Of a stretch of DNA of 64,000 bases, positions 54,838 to 64,000 are shown piece after piece (position 1 is the stretch's first letter; each line of letters starts with the position of its first letter). The stretch spans positions 17,453 to 81,452 of the forward strand of contig JAMPDJ010000010.1 of the NCBI GenBank assembly GCA_023665805.1, read 5' to 3'. A model generated the notes under the pieces. That model had not been told where the DNA came from and ran no database searches. It saw nothing but the letters and a program-made list of their open reading frames with translations. The position numbers were made by a program, and so were the translations under genes. The DNA comes from Bacteroides sp. (lineage in GTDB: Bacteria > Bacteroidota > Bacteroidia > Bacteroidales > Bacteroidaceae).

Positions 54838-56637
54838 ATGCAGAATATCCGTAACATTGCTATCATAGCCCATGTCGACCATGGCAAGACCACATTGGTG
54901 GACAAGATGCTGTTGGCAGGAAATCTTTTCCGCGATAACCAGCAGCAGGGGGAATTGATGTTGGACAACAACGAACTGGAGCGCGAGCGTGGCATAACCA
55001 TCCTCTCCAAGAACGTGTCTATCCTATACAAGGACACCAAGATCAACATCATCGACACTCCGGGGCACTCCGACTTCGGCGGCGAGGTGGAGCGCGTGCT
55101 CAACATGGCCGACGGCTGCATCCTCTTGGTGGATGCGTTCGAGGGCCCCATGCCGCAGACGCGTTTCGTCTTGCAGAAGGCATTGGAAATAGGTCTGAAA
55201 CCCTTGGTGGTTGTCAACAAGGTGGACAAGCCCAACTGCCGCCCCGAGGAGGTGTATGAGATGGTCTTCGACCTGATGTGCGACCTGAACGCCACGGAGG
55301 AGCAGCTGGATTTCCCCGTCATCTACGGTTCCGCGAAGAACAACTGGATGAGCGAGGACTGGAACGCCCCCGCTGAGGATATTACATACCTTCTGGACCA
55401 GATTCTTGAACACGTTCCCGCTCCGGAACAGCTGGAGGGCACTCCGCAGATGCTGGTTACCAGCCTGGACTACTCCAACTACACCGGCCGCATCGCCGTG
55501 GGACGCGTGCACCGCGGTACCTTGCGCGAGGGGATGAATATCACCATCGTTCATCGCGACGGCAGCAAGGAACGTACCAAGATAAAGGAGGTGCATACCT
55601 TCACGGGCATGGGACGTAAGAAGATAGAGTCGGTCGGCAGCGGGGACATCTGCGCCCTGGTGGGGTTGGAGCACTTCGAGATAGGCGACACTATCTGCGA
55701 CTACGACAATCCCGAGCCCCTTCCCAGCATCAGCATAGACGAACCTACGATGTCCATGCTTTTTACCATCAACGACTCCCCGTTCTTCGGCAAGGAAGGC
55801 AAGTACTGCACCAGCCGCCACATACAGGAACGGCTGGACAAGGAACTGGAGAAGAACCTGGCCTTGCGCGTGTCTGCCGTGGAGGGCTACACCGATCGCT
55901 GGATCGTCAGCGGCAGAGGCGTGCTGCACCTCTCGGTGCTGGTGGAGACCATGCGCCGCGAGGGATATGAATTGCAGGTAGGGCAACCGCAGGTCATATA
56001 CAAGGAAATCGACGGCGTGCGTTGCGAGCCGATCGAGGAACTGACCATCAACGTGCCGGAGGAGTTCAGCAGCAAGATGATAGACATGGTTACCCGCCGA
56101 AAGGGCGAGATGACCGGCATGGAAAGCCAGGGAGAGCGTGTGAACATCGAGTTCAACATACCGTCTCGCGGCATCATCGGCCTGCGTACCAATGTCCTCA
56201 CCGCTTCACAGGGCGAGGCCATCATGGCGCACCGGTTCAAGGAATACCAGCCTTTCAAGGGTGAGATAAACCGCAGGACCAATGGCTCCCTCATTGCCTT
56301 GGAGACCGGAAACGCCTACGCCTACGCCATAGACCACCTGCAGGATCGTGGCAAGTTCTTCATCGAGCCGCAGGAACAGGTGTATGCCGGACAGGTAATA
56401 GGCGAGCACGTCCACGAGATAGACTTGGTCATAAATGTATGCAAGGCCAAACAATTGACCAATGTCCGTGCCAGCGGTACGGATGAGAAGGCGCGTATTA
56501 TCCCTGCCACGATATTCTCGCTGGAAGAGGCGTTGGAATACATCAAGGAGGACGAGTACGTGGAGGTGACCCCACACTCCATGCGCATGAGAAAGGTCAT
56601 CCTGGACCATCTGGAGCGGAAACGTGCGGCAAGGTAG
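54838..56637 (+). CDS. typA: translational GTPase TypA/BipA
   Basis: 599 aa reading MQNIRNIAIIAHVDHGKTTLVDKML...DTPGHSDFGGEVER...NKVDK. Confidence 0.97.
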   Translation: MQNIRNIAIIAHVDHGKTTLVDKMLLAGNLFRDNQQQGELMLDNNELERERGITILSKNVSILYKDTKINIIDTPGHSDFGGEVERVLNMADGCILLVDAFEGPMPQTRFVLQKALEIGLKPLVVVNKVDKPNCRPEEVYEMVFDLMCDLNATEEQLDFPVIYGSAKNNWMSEDWNAPAEDITYLLDQILEHVPAPEQLEGTPQMLVTSLDYSNYTGRIAVGRVHRGTLREGMNITIVHRDGSKERTKIKEVHTFTGMGRKKIESVGSGDICALVGLEHFEIGDTICDYDNPEPLPSISIDEPTMSMLFTINDSPFFGKEGKYCTSRHIQERLDKELEKNLALRVSAVEGYTDRWIVSGRGVLHLSVLVETMRREGYELQVGQPQVIYKEIDGVRCEPIEELTINVPEEFSSKMIDMVTRRKGEMTGMESQGERVNIEFNIPSRGIIGLRTNVLTASQGEAIMAHRFKEYQPFKGEINRRTNGSLIALETGNAYAYAIDHLQDRGKFFIEPQEQVYAGQVIGEHVHEIDLVINVCKAKQLTNVRASGTDEKARIIPATIFSLEEALEYIKEDEYVEVTPHSMRMRKVILDHLERKRAAR

Positions 56638-56736
56638 GGAGTATGCTTGCGGGACTGTGCCGTAGAGGGCAAATGCGAAGCATGAAGAATACCTCTGGCC
56701 TGACGATTCGTCACAAATGATATAGAACCTTCAAAG

Positions 56737-59283
56737 ATGAAAAACTGTAAGAAATATCTTCTTGACCTTGCCATGGTGGCATTCTTTGCTATTGTCAGTG
56801 TGGCCTATTTTGCCAAGCCAGTCATGGACGGCAAGGTACTCTCGGGACATGACCACACGGGTGGCGTGGGTGCCGGAGCGGAAATGAACGAGTATCGTGA
56901 AAAACACGATGGCGAACGTACCAGGTGGACCAATACGCTGTTCTCAGGCATGCCCACTTACCAGCTGGCACCTGCATACGGAAGCACGGACTCGCTGGAA
57001 GGCATCAAACAGCTCTACAGCCTCTGTCTGCCTGCCGTGGCGTCGTACGTCTTCATCATGCTGCTGGGTTTCTACATCATGTTGCGCTGCTTCGACTTCA
57101 AGGTGTGGATGTCGGCCCTGGGTGCCGTGTTGTGGGCTTTTTCCAGTTATTACTTCATCATCATTGCGGCCGGTCATATATGGAAACTCTATACTTTGGC
57201 CTTCATACCTCCCACAATCGGTGGCATGGCCCTGTGCTACAGGGGCAAATGGGGCTGGGGCATAATAGTGAGCGCGTTGTTCATGGCCTTGCAGATTGTG
57301 TCCAATCATGTGCAGATGACCTATTACTTCCTGTTCCCGATTGCAGCCCTGGCATTAGGGTGGCTTTTCTCCGACCTCAGCCGCGACGGTCTCGCCCGTT
57401 GGTTCAAGGGCAGTCTGGCTTTTGCTTGCGGTTGCCTGCTGGGCGTGGCGGTAAACATCTCCAATCTGTATCATACATGGGAGTACAGCAAGGAGAGTAT
57501 GCGTGGCAAGAGCGAACTGACGCACAAGACCAAAGATCCTGCCGACCAGACCTCCGGAGGTCTGGAACGCAGCTACATTACGGCCTGGAGCTATGGCATA
57601 GGCGAGACATGGACATTGCTGGTGCCCAACGCCAAGGGTGGTGCCAGCCAGCCGTTGACCCGGAATGCCACGGCCATGAAGAGGGCAGACAGCCAATACA
57701 TGCCGATATACCAGCAATTGGGACAATACTGGGGTGAACAGCCAGGCACAAGCGGTCCGGTGTATGTCGGGGCGTTCGTGTGCATGCTGTTTGTGCTGTG
57801 TCTGCTGATCGTGCGTGGCCCCATGTGCTGGGCGTTGCTGCTGGCCACAATGTTGTCGGTGGCCCTGTCGTGGGGAAAGAATTTCATGGGTCTGACGGAC
57901 TTCTTCCTGGACTATGTGCCGATGTATGACAAGTTCCGCACCGTAGCCTCCATCCTGGTAATAGCCGAGTTCACCATCCCCTTGATGGCAGTGATGGCTC
58001 TGCGGCGTTTTGTGGAGGAACCTTCATGCGTGCGAGTGCGCGTGCCTGTTATAAATAAGGAGGTAAATGCCATCTGGCTCAGTTTCGTCATCACCGGAGG
58101 TATATGTTTCCTGTTCTGGCTGATGCCGGATGTGTTCTTCGGCAATTATATCAGCACAAGCGAGGCCAACGGACTGCAGTCGCTGGCTGCCGGAGGGTAT
58201 GTGGACCAGGCATTCGTGAACGGACTCATGGAAAACCTCGGTGACATGCGCCGGGCCATGTTCAAGGCGGACGCACTGCGCTCATTCCTTTACATTGCCG
58301 TTGGTACCATGTTGCTGGCCTTGCGCTATAAGGGCAAGTTGAAGACTGTGCCCATGACCGTCTGCATCCTTTTGCTTTGCCTGGTGGACATGTGGACGGT
58401 GAACAAGAGGTACCTCAACGATGGTATGTTTGAATATCCCCGTCCTGCCGAGCAGATTTTTGCTCCCACGCATGCCGATGACGTGATTTTGCTGGACCCC
58501 GACATGTATTACCGTACACTGGACTTGACAGCGAGCACGTTCAACAGCAATGATGCTTCCTATCTCCACAAGAGCATAGGCGGTTACCATGCCGCCAAGT
58601 TGCGCCGTTACCAGGAAGTCATAGAGGCGCATCTCGCTTCCGAGATGCATCGCTTCCACAATGCCGTGGTGCAGTGTGCCGGTGACTTGAATGCCGTGAA
58701 TCCGGACAGTGTGTATCCCGTGCTGAACATGCTGAACATGAAGTATGCCATCATGACGACCAAGGACGGTGAAAAGGCTGCCGTTTACAACCCGCATGCC
58801 ATGGGCAATGCCTGGTTTGCGGAGGATATACATTGGGTGGACAATGCCGATGACGAACTGGCGGCCCTCTCGGCAGACAACCTGCATCGCACGGCCGTGG
58901 TGGACGAACAGTTCCGTGAGGCCTTGGGTGAAGGTGTGGCCGGTGCCGATTCCACGGCTACCGTGAAGCTGGTGGAATACGATGCCAACCGTCTGGCCTA
59001 TGATGTCACCTCGCGGAATGGCGGAGTGATAGTCTTCTCGGACATCTATTATCCCGGCTGGACTGCCACCGTGTCGGACAAGGAGGTGCCTGTGGCACGT
59101 GCCAACTATATCCTGCGTGCCATCCACGTTCCTGCCGGACAGCATCGCGTGGTGTTTGAATTCGATCCCCGGACCGTGCACGTTACGGAGACCATAGCCT
59201 ATTGCGCATTGTCCCTGTTGGGATTGATGTTGTTAGGACAAGTAATAACCTTAATATACAAAAGAAAAAAATGCCAGAAGTAG
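56737..59283 (+). CDS. YfhO-family polytopic membrane protein (putative glycosyl-carrier-dependent transferase)
   Basis: 848 aa with many TM segments and a large C-terminal extracytoplasmic domain. The family call comes from the recalled N-terminal pattern of Bacteroidales YfhO proteins. Confidence 0.7.
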   Translation: MKNCKKYLLDLAMVAFFAIVSVAYFAKPVMDGKVLSGHDHTGGVGAGAEMNEYREKHDGERTRWTNTLFSGMPTYQLAPAYGSTDSLEGIKQLYSLCLPAVASYVFIMLLGFYIMLRCFDFKVWMSALGAVLWAFSSYYFIIIAAGHIWKLYTLAFIPPTIGGMALCYRGKWGWGIIVSALFMALQIVSNHVQMTYYFLFPIAALALGWLFSDLSRDGLARWFKGSLAFACGCLLGVAVNISNLYHTWEYSKESMRGKSELTHKTKDPADQTSGGLERSYITAWSYGIGETWTLLVPNAKGGASQPLTRNATAMKRADSQYMPIYQQLGQYWGEQPGTSGPVYVGAFVCMLFVLCLLIVRGPMCWALLLATMLSVALSWGKNFMGLTDFFLDYVPMYDKFRTVASILVIAEFTIPLMAVMALRRFVEEPSCVRVRVPVINKEVNAIWLSFVITGGICFLFWLMPDVFFGNYISTSEANGLQSLAAGGYVDQAFVNGLMENLGDMRRAMFKADALRSFLYIAVGTMLLALRYKGKLKTVPMTVCILLLCLVDMWTVNKRYLNDGMFEYPRPAEQIFAPTHADDVILLDPDMYYRTLDLTASTFNSNDASYLHKSIGGYHAAKLRRYQEVIEAHLASEMHRFHNAVVQCAGDLNAVNPDSVYPVLNMLNMKYAIMTTKDGEKAAVYNPHAMGNAWFAEDIHWVDNADDELAALSADNLHRTAVVDEQFREALGEGVAGADSTATVKLVEYDANRLAYDVTSRNGGVIVFSDIYYPGWTATVSDKEVPVARANYILRAIHVPAGQHRVVFEFDPRTVHVTETIAYCALSLLGLMLLGQVITLIYKRKKCQK

Positions 59284-60146
59284 ACCCTGCCTCGCCTGTG
59301 CCTCCGTCGAGTGTGGACGCACAGGAACGTTTCTTGGATGAATGCTTCCAACCGAAATTTACCGTTGTCACGGTAACCTACAATGCCGAGAAGACCTTGG
59401 AACGTACTATACGAAGTGTGGCTTCGCAGACGTACCGCAACATAGAGCATCTAATTGTGGACGGTCTGAGCAGCGATGGCACTCTTTCCCTGATACAAGA
59501 GTATGCCGAGGATAATTCCGTGTGTGAGCATCCTCATGACATATGCTTGATACGCGAGCCGGACAACGGTCTGTACGATGCCATGAACAAGGCTATCGAC
59601 AATGCCACGGGACACTATCTCGTGTTCCTGAATGCCGGTGACCGCCTGCACTCCACTGACACCATCGAGAAGATGGCGGCACAGTTGCCCGGGGCTGCCA
59701 TGAAAGCCGGGGATATGGAACAGTGTCCTGTCGTGATGTATGGAGAGACCGACCTCGTGGACGATGAGGGGAAATTCCTGCGCCACCGCCGTCTGCAGGC
59801 ACCTGAGAGGCTGCACCTCCGCAGTTTCCTGAACGGAATGCTGGTGTGCCATCAGAGTTTTTATGTGCGCACGGACTTGGCACGTCTGCATCACTATGAT
59901 ATGAAATACAGGTTCAGCGCCGATTTTGACTGGTGCATACGCATCATGGCATACGCACAGGCGCATGGGCAGGTTCTGCACAACACGCACATGATACTGA
60001 CGGACTATCTTTCTGAGGGCATGACTACCAGGAACCGCCATCGCTCTCTCAAGGAACGTTTCCGCATCATGTGCAGGCACTATGGCTGTGCGGCCGCCAT
60101 GGGTAGCCACTTGTGGTTTGTGCTGCGTCTCGCTTTGCGCCCCTGA
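59271..60146 (+). CDS. glycosyltransferase family 2
   Basis: ATG at 59271 gives MPEVDPAS...FTVVTVTYNAEKTLERTIRSVASQTYRNIEHLIVDGLSSDGT, with FLNAGD. It overlaps the YfhO stop by 13 nt. Confidence 0.88.
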   Translation: MPEVDPASPVPPSSVDAQERFLDECFQPKFTVVTVTYNAEKTLERTIRSVASQTYRNIEHLIVDGLSSDGTLSLIQEYAEDNSVCEHPHDICLIREPDNGLYDAMNKAIDNATGHYLVFLNAGDRLHSTDTIEKMAAQLPGAAMKAGDMEQCPVVMYGETDLVDDEGKFLRHRRLQAPERLHLRSFLNGMLVCHQSFYVRTDLARLHHYDMKYRFSADFDWCIRIMAYAQAHGQVLHNTHMILTDYLSEGMTTRNRHRSLKERFRIMCRHYGCAAAMGSHLWFVLRLALRP

Positions 60147-60416
60147 CGACAGTGCCGGAGATACACATCAGACCGCCGGACATCTCTTCGTCTGGCGGCC
60201 TGATTCATTCTTTCTCTTCTATAGTCGTGGGGGTACGGTTTTACCTGAGTTACTATATGTCCTCTTCGGCCATTCTGCCTGTCTTCTTGGTGACAGTTAT
60301 TATTCTTACGGTAACAAGCATTTGCCAATCCTGTTCCCGGTGTGTTACTTTCGGGGGCTAATACTCTTCCCTGTCACGGTATTACGGCATCCATTTTGTC
60401 TGTTTTATGAAATTGC

Positions 60417-60842
60417 TCAGCTGCTATGCCTGTGTTTTTTCCATACGGCATGTATCACCGTCAGGCACAACCATGCGCAGAGAGCACCGAAACTGTTGGC
60501 CGCAGCGTCCAGCCAGTCACCGCTTCTGCTGCTGGTCAGGTATGCCTGTCCCAGTTCCATGATGCCACCATATATGGCGGCGCCAATGGCGATGCACGGC
60601 ATGCTCCATGACACAGTGTGCGTTGTCTCCGAGTTTCCATGGCCACCATCGGCTTTGCTCCGTACAGCCACCATGTGCTCCACACCCCATACCATGGTGA
60701 GGAAACCGTACATGAGCCAGTGTACCCACTTGTCGGCAAAGCGTACGTCCACCTGTGGGAACTCCTGAGCCGGCATCAGGCTCAGCACGGCAATCAGTAT
60801 CAGGGTAAGCACACCCAGTGCGTGTTGTCTAATGTATTTCAT
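60417..60842 (-). CDS. VanZ-family membrane protein
   Basis: ATG at 60842 gives MKYIRQHALGVLTLILIAVLSLMP...DKWVHWLMYGFL...GIMELGQ...SGDWLDAAANSFG. Confidence 0.72.
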   Translation of the reverse strand: MKYIRQHALGVLTLILIAVLSLMPAQEFPQVDVRFADKWVHWLMYGFLTMVWGVEHMVAVRSKADGGHGNSETTHTVSWSMPCIAIGAAIYGGIMELGQAYLTSSRSGDWLDAAANSFGALCAWLCLTVIHAVWKKHRHSS

Positions 60843-62007
60843 ATATACGTGCGTATTCCCGAGCCACGCGGCTCTCGTTGTAGTCATGTGCGGCCGCGTG
60901 ATGCGCCGCCTCTCTCCATCGTGGGTGCTCCAGTGCGCACATGATGCCACCTGCCAGGTCCTCACTGTCGCGGCAGTGTGCCACATAGCCGTTCTCCATG
61001 TGTGTTATCATCTCCGGGATGCCCCCGGTGCGGAATCCCACGCAGGGTGTTCCGCATGACATGGCCTCGGCTATGGTATTTGGCAGGTTGTCCTGCAGCG
61101 AAGGCGACACGAAACAGTCTGCGGCGGCATACAGCCTTGCCATTTCCCGTTCACCATGAACATAGGGTATGAGATGCACCCTCTCCATGTCTGTCCCCGT
61201 AAGTACTGTCGCCAGATTCTCCGTTTTTCCGCCGACAACCACCAGGTGCAGGTCGGGGTGTCGCAGACTTTTCACCGCTTCGGCCATGTACTGCATACCC
61301 TTGCGCCTGTCCGTCACCTTCTGGCAGGAGAAGAGCACCAGCCGTGCCTCCGTGGGCAGACCGAAGTGGCGTCTTGCCTCCGTCATGTCCTGTGGCCTGA
61401 ATATGTCCTGCGGAATGCAGTTGTTCACGTGGTGCACCATCGCCCCCGGCATGGCCTGTGACGCCATGTCGGCAATCCAGCGGCTACACCCCACGAAGTG
61501 TATCTTTCCGTGGCTGTACACTTCCTGTTTGCGCAGCCATTGCCGTTGTTCCAGGGTGGCGGCTCTGTGTGGCAGTTCTTCGTTCTCCGTATAGTGAAGT
61601 ATGCCACGGAATGGCCACTCGTCGTGCATGGTCCACACCACGCGCTTTCCCGATGCCAGTATCCGCTGCAACTGGCGCAGCGACAGCATTCCCTGGTTCA
61701 CCCAGTGCAGGTGTATCACATCGGCTTCGGCATACTCCCGTGTGGAGAGTATGTCCACGCCGTCCGACCCCAGGTCGTATGCCCATGTCCGGCTCAGCGG
61801 CAGGTGCAGGGCCGCCATCAGCCGCAGGCGTTCCGCCACCTTGGGCAGTACGTTTCCCACGGTGGTCACACACACGCTGTCCGTCTGTTTGTCGCGTACC
61901 AGCATGCGAGCCTGTATGTCGTTCCGGTTCAGTGCCGTCAGCAGTCGGCAGGCCGCTATGGCACCGCCCCCGGTACGTTCCGTAGTGGATATTATCAGAA
62001 CTTTCAT
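60829..62007 (-). CDS. glycosyltransferase family 4
   Basis: 392 aa reading MKVLIISTTERTGGGAIAACRL...PSLQDNLPNTIAEAMSCGTPCVGFRTGGIPE. Confidence 0.88.
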   Translation of the reverse strand: MKVLIISTTERTGGGAIAACRLLTALNRNDIQARMLVRDKQTDSVCVTTVGNVLPKVAERLRLMAALHLPLSRTWAYDLGSDGVDILSTREYAEADVIHLHWVNQGMLSLRQLQRILASGKRVVWTMHDEWPFRGILHYTENEELPHRAATLEQRQWLRKQEVYSHGKIHFVGCSRWIADMASQAMPGAMVHHVNNCIPQDIFRPQDMTEARRHFGLPTEARLVLFSCQKVTDRRKGMQYMAEAVKSLRHPDLHLVVVGGKTENLATVLTGTDMERVHLIPYVHGEREMARLYAAADCFVSPSLQDNLPNTIAEAMSCGTPCVGFRTGGIPEMITHMENGYVAHCRDSEDLAGGIMCALEHPRWREAAHHAAAHDYNESRVAREYARIYEIH

Positions 62008-62016
62008 GGTCAGCGG

Positions 62017-63045
62017 TCAGTTGTATTTCTTCTTGCCCAGCATTTTCTCCACCCTGTTGCACATGGCCTGCCCTATGTAGCGGAAGTTGCCGTGGCGCAG
62101 GTTCAGTGCCAGTTCCTCCATGCTCCTGGCCACTTTCACCCAGGGACACATCCATCCCATGGTGCGGTAAGCCCTCCGTCTGTATGGCAGATGCTCCATG
62201 ACGTGGCGCGGATGCCTCATGTCTGTGGTGTCCATGTCGTGGCGCTTCATGGTGAAAATGCGTCGGTATCCGTGGGGCAGCGTCTCCAGCGAGCCGCCGA
62301 AGTGTGTGCTCTCCGCCGTCACCCCCATGTTGTTTATCATGTTCAGGCGCGGCATGATGCACAACTGGTTGTTCATTAGCAGGTGCGACCAGAAGACGGA
62401 CTCAAAGAACGGTTTGCCCTGTGCACGGTGTCTACGGCACATGGTCATGAAGTCATCGCGCACTCCGCGCTGGCGGATTATGGCCTCCAGTTGCGCCACT
62501 GTCTGCCCGTCCTCCAGCCACGTGTAGTCTCCGTCCCATGCGTTCACCACGCGGCTCCACGAAGCCCAGCCCCATATGCTGAACTGTTCCGTGAAGAAGT
62601 AATCCTCGTGTACATCTCGTGTCTCCTCGTCCATGTTGAATCCGGCTATCATGCCTATGCGTGTGTCGTCCGCATAACGTTCCAGCATCTCCCTGCAAAA
62701 AGAGAAGAAACTCACGCTGGGCACCACATCGTCCTCCAGCACTATGCACTTGTCCGTCTGCGAGAAGGCCCACCGCTGTGCCATGAAACCCGAAGGGTCG
62801 CAACCGTAGTTGCTCTCGCGGAAACGCGTGTGCACCTCGCATTCCCAGTCCACGGCTGCCACCACCTCCCTGCAGGCCAGTATGCCGGGCATGTCGGCCT
62901 CGCTGCGTGGTCCGTCCTGATACAGGAACAGACGCGAGGGGCGTGCCTCACTGACCTGCCGGAACACCTGTTCCAACTGTTGCGGACGGTTAAAGAACAG
63001 TATCAGGACGGACACGTCCACCAATGCCTCTTTCTTCTTCTCCAT
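62017..63045 (-). CDS. GT2/GNT-I-like glycosyltransferase (HlpA-like family)
   Basis: ATG at 63045 gives MEKKKEALVDVSVLILFFNRPQQLEQVFRQVSEARPSRLFLYQDGPR.... The track start at 63129 is TTG. Confidence 0.65.
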   Translation of the reverse strand: MEKKKEALVDVSVLILFFNRPQQLEQVFRQVSEARPSRLFLYQDGPRSEADMPGILACREVVAAVDWECEVHTRFRESNYGCDPSGFMAQRWAFSQTDKCIVLEDDVVPSVSFFSFCREMLERYADDTRIGMIAGFNMDEETRDVHEDYFFTEQFSIWGWASWSRVVNAWDGDYTWLEDGQTVAQLEAIIRQRGVRDDFMTMCRRHRAQGKPFFESVFWSHLLMNNQLCIMPRLNMINNMGVTAESTHFGGSLETLPHGYRRIFTMKRHDMDTTDMRHPRHVMEHLPYRRRAYRTMGWMCPWVKVARSMEELALNLRHGNFRYIGQAMCNRVEKMLGKKKYN

Positions 63046-63183
63046 AGTGCTCGCTTTTGTGCGGTTTAGATACTCAAAGGTAAGAAAATACTGAAGATTA
63101 TCAAAATAAAATCGTACTTTTGTACTCAATCAGAATGGTTTTGAGGCAGCCTGCTGCCCTACGCCGATACATGCATACGGTAT

Positions 63184-64000
63184 ATGTTAGAGTTAAGATT
63201 GCTGGCAGAGAAGGTGAAGCTGTCCTTGCAGAAGCGCACCAGGACGGTACAGACGCGCAAGTGCTATGCCACATGGCAGGCCAAGGGATACGTAAAGGAG
63301 CCGCTGGTGAGCATCGTTATCCAGTCGCACAACAAGAGTTTGCAAATCAGGCATATCCTGCCGAAGTTGCGGGCATGGGCCGGAGCGATGGAGATAATAG
63401 TCATAGACGACGGCTCGGATCTGAGTCACACACTGGCACTGGCCGAGGCACTGACCGGAGCCAACGAGTTTATGGTGCGTGCCAACGACCTTTACGAGAA
63501 CGTCACCTACGACAAGTGCATACGCTTTGCCAACGGCCGGTACATAGCCTTGTTGCAGGACGACGACGACTTTGCAGACACGGCATGGATAGACCGTGCG
63601 CTCGAACTTTTCGGGCGTCATCCTCAGATGGCCATACTGGGAGGCAAGGACGGACTGGATATAGTCTTTGAGCACGACAGGCAGACGGCCCACGGTGGCA
63701 AATGTGTGGACCTGGACAGTGGATTTGCCTTTGCCGTCAGCGTGAACCGCGCTCCCATGTGGATAGACAGGGAGTTGTTCGCACGGCATCTGCACCACAT
63801 AGACTTTGACTTCGCCCCGTTCCAGTTTGACGACTACGAGCTATGCGCCCGTGCGTGGCTCCTCGGCCTGCAGGTGGGGATATACGATGCATGCTTCCAT
63901 TCGCTCAGCGCAGGCGGCATGCGCCTGTGGAACTCGGCTTTCACCGTGGAGCAGAGCCGGCGCAACGGCAGCCGTCTCTACTCCATGTACGCCCACAGGA
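63184..64000 (+). CDS. glycosyltransferase family 2-like, 5' part; runs off the right edge
   Basis: Absent from the ORF track because it is open to the window end. My translation from ATG 63184 reads MLELRLLAEKVKLSLQKRTR...EPLVSIVIQSHNKSLQIRHILPKLRAWAGAMEIIVIDDGSD...ALLQDDDDF. Confidence 0.72.
   Translation, partial: MLELRLLAEKVKLSLQKRTRTVQTRKCYATWQAKGYVKEPLVSIVIQSHNKSLQIRHILPKLRAWAGAMEIIVIDDGSDLSHTLALAEALTGANEFMVRANDLYENVTYDKCIRFANGRYIALLQDDDDFADTAWIDRALELFGRHPQMAILGGKDGLDIVFEHDRQTAHGGKCVDLDSGFAFAVSVNRAPMWIDRELFARHLHHIDFDFAPFQFDDYELCARAWLLGLQVGIYDACFHSLSAGGMRLWNSAFTVEQSRRNGSRLYSMYAHR

Noticed and set aside
1-64000. Search for tRNA, rRNA, tmRNA or known riboswitch signatures in the intergenic regions (1930-2081, 8060-8696, 10746-10966, 18958-19399, 43780-43989, 47733-48367, 49574-49689, 53880-54249, 54520-54837).
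   Set aside because: I recognised no T-loop (GGTTCGAATCC-like) or anticodon-stem pattern and no conserved riboswitch core. I cannot exclude small RNAs without covariance-model searches.

Overview
This is a Bacteroidota (Bacteroidales-type) chromosomal segment. The call rests on Bacteroides-style TAnnTTTG -7 boxes, UpxY-type antiterminator logic, type V pilin-like lipoproteins and the Rpn / AAA-PDDEXK gene families. I ran no database search; products are inferred from motifs read in the supplied translations and from my own translation of regions missing from the ORF track.

Layout:
- 1-8.1 kb: housekeeping genes (pckA partial, orphan blaI-like, Big_5 lipoprotein, GH3, rnc, fabF, acpP).
- 8.2-11.9 kb: dsbD-family gene bracketed by a MITE-like palindromic repeat, then an HTH-Fic gene.
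- 11.9-19 kb: minus-strand operon with a 59-aa peptide, two giant FimA/Mfa-like lipoproteins and OmpA.
- 19.4-20.7 kb: AAA/DUF4143 ATPase.
- 20.9-49.6 kb: about 27 kb minus-strand capsular/exopolysaccharide locus, preceded by a tyrosine recombinase.
- 49.7-56.6 kb: housekeeping genes (LTA-synthase-like, RNase H, argS, rpsO, typA).
- 56.7-64 kb: a second glycan cluster (YfhO, GT2, VanZ, GT4, GT2-like, GT2 partial).

Most interesting observations:
1. A 179-bp segment flanked by perfect 24-bp inverted repeats sits beside the recombinase. It carries the only consensus -7 box of that segment, pointing away from the CPS operon, so it looks like an invertible promoter caught OFF.
2. A translationally coupled PqqD(RRE)-nucleotidyltransferase-HprK-like kinase cassette lies in the conserved high-GC export end of the CPS locus. 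It resembles the phospho-tailoring module of lasso-peptide clusters but has no visible precursor.
3. The UpxY-like protein is about twice the usual length, there is no upxZ, and two self-promoted nuclease-type genes are wedged between it and wzx.
4. The glycosyltransferase core is a roughly 15-kb low-GC island containing G9 and G7 coding homopolymers.
5. Several unexplained tandem and palindromic repeat arrays are present.

No rRNA, tRNA or CRISPR array was recognised. Many start codons are uncertain, because the ORF track opens some ORFs at GTG/TTG.
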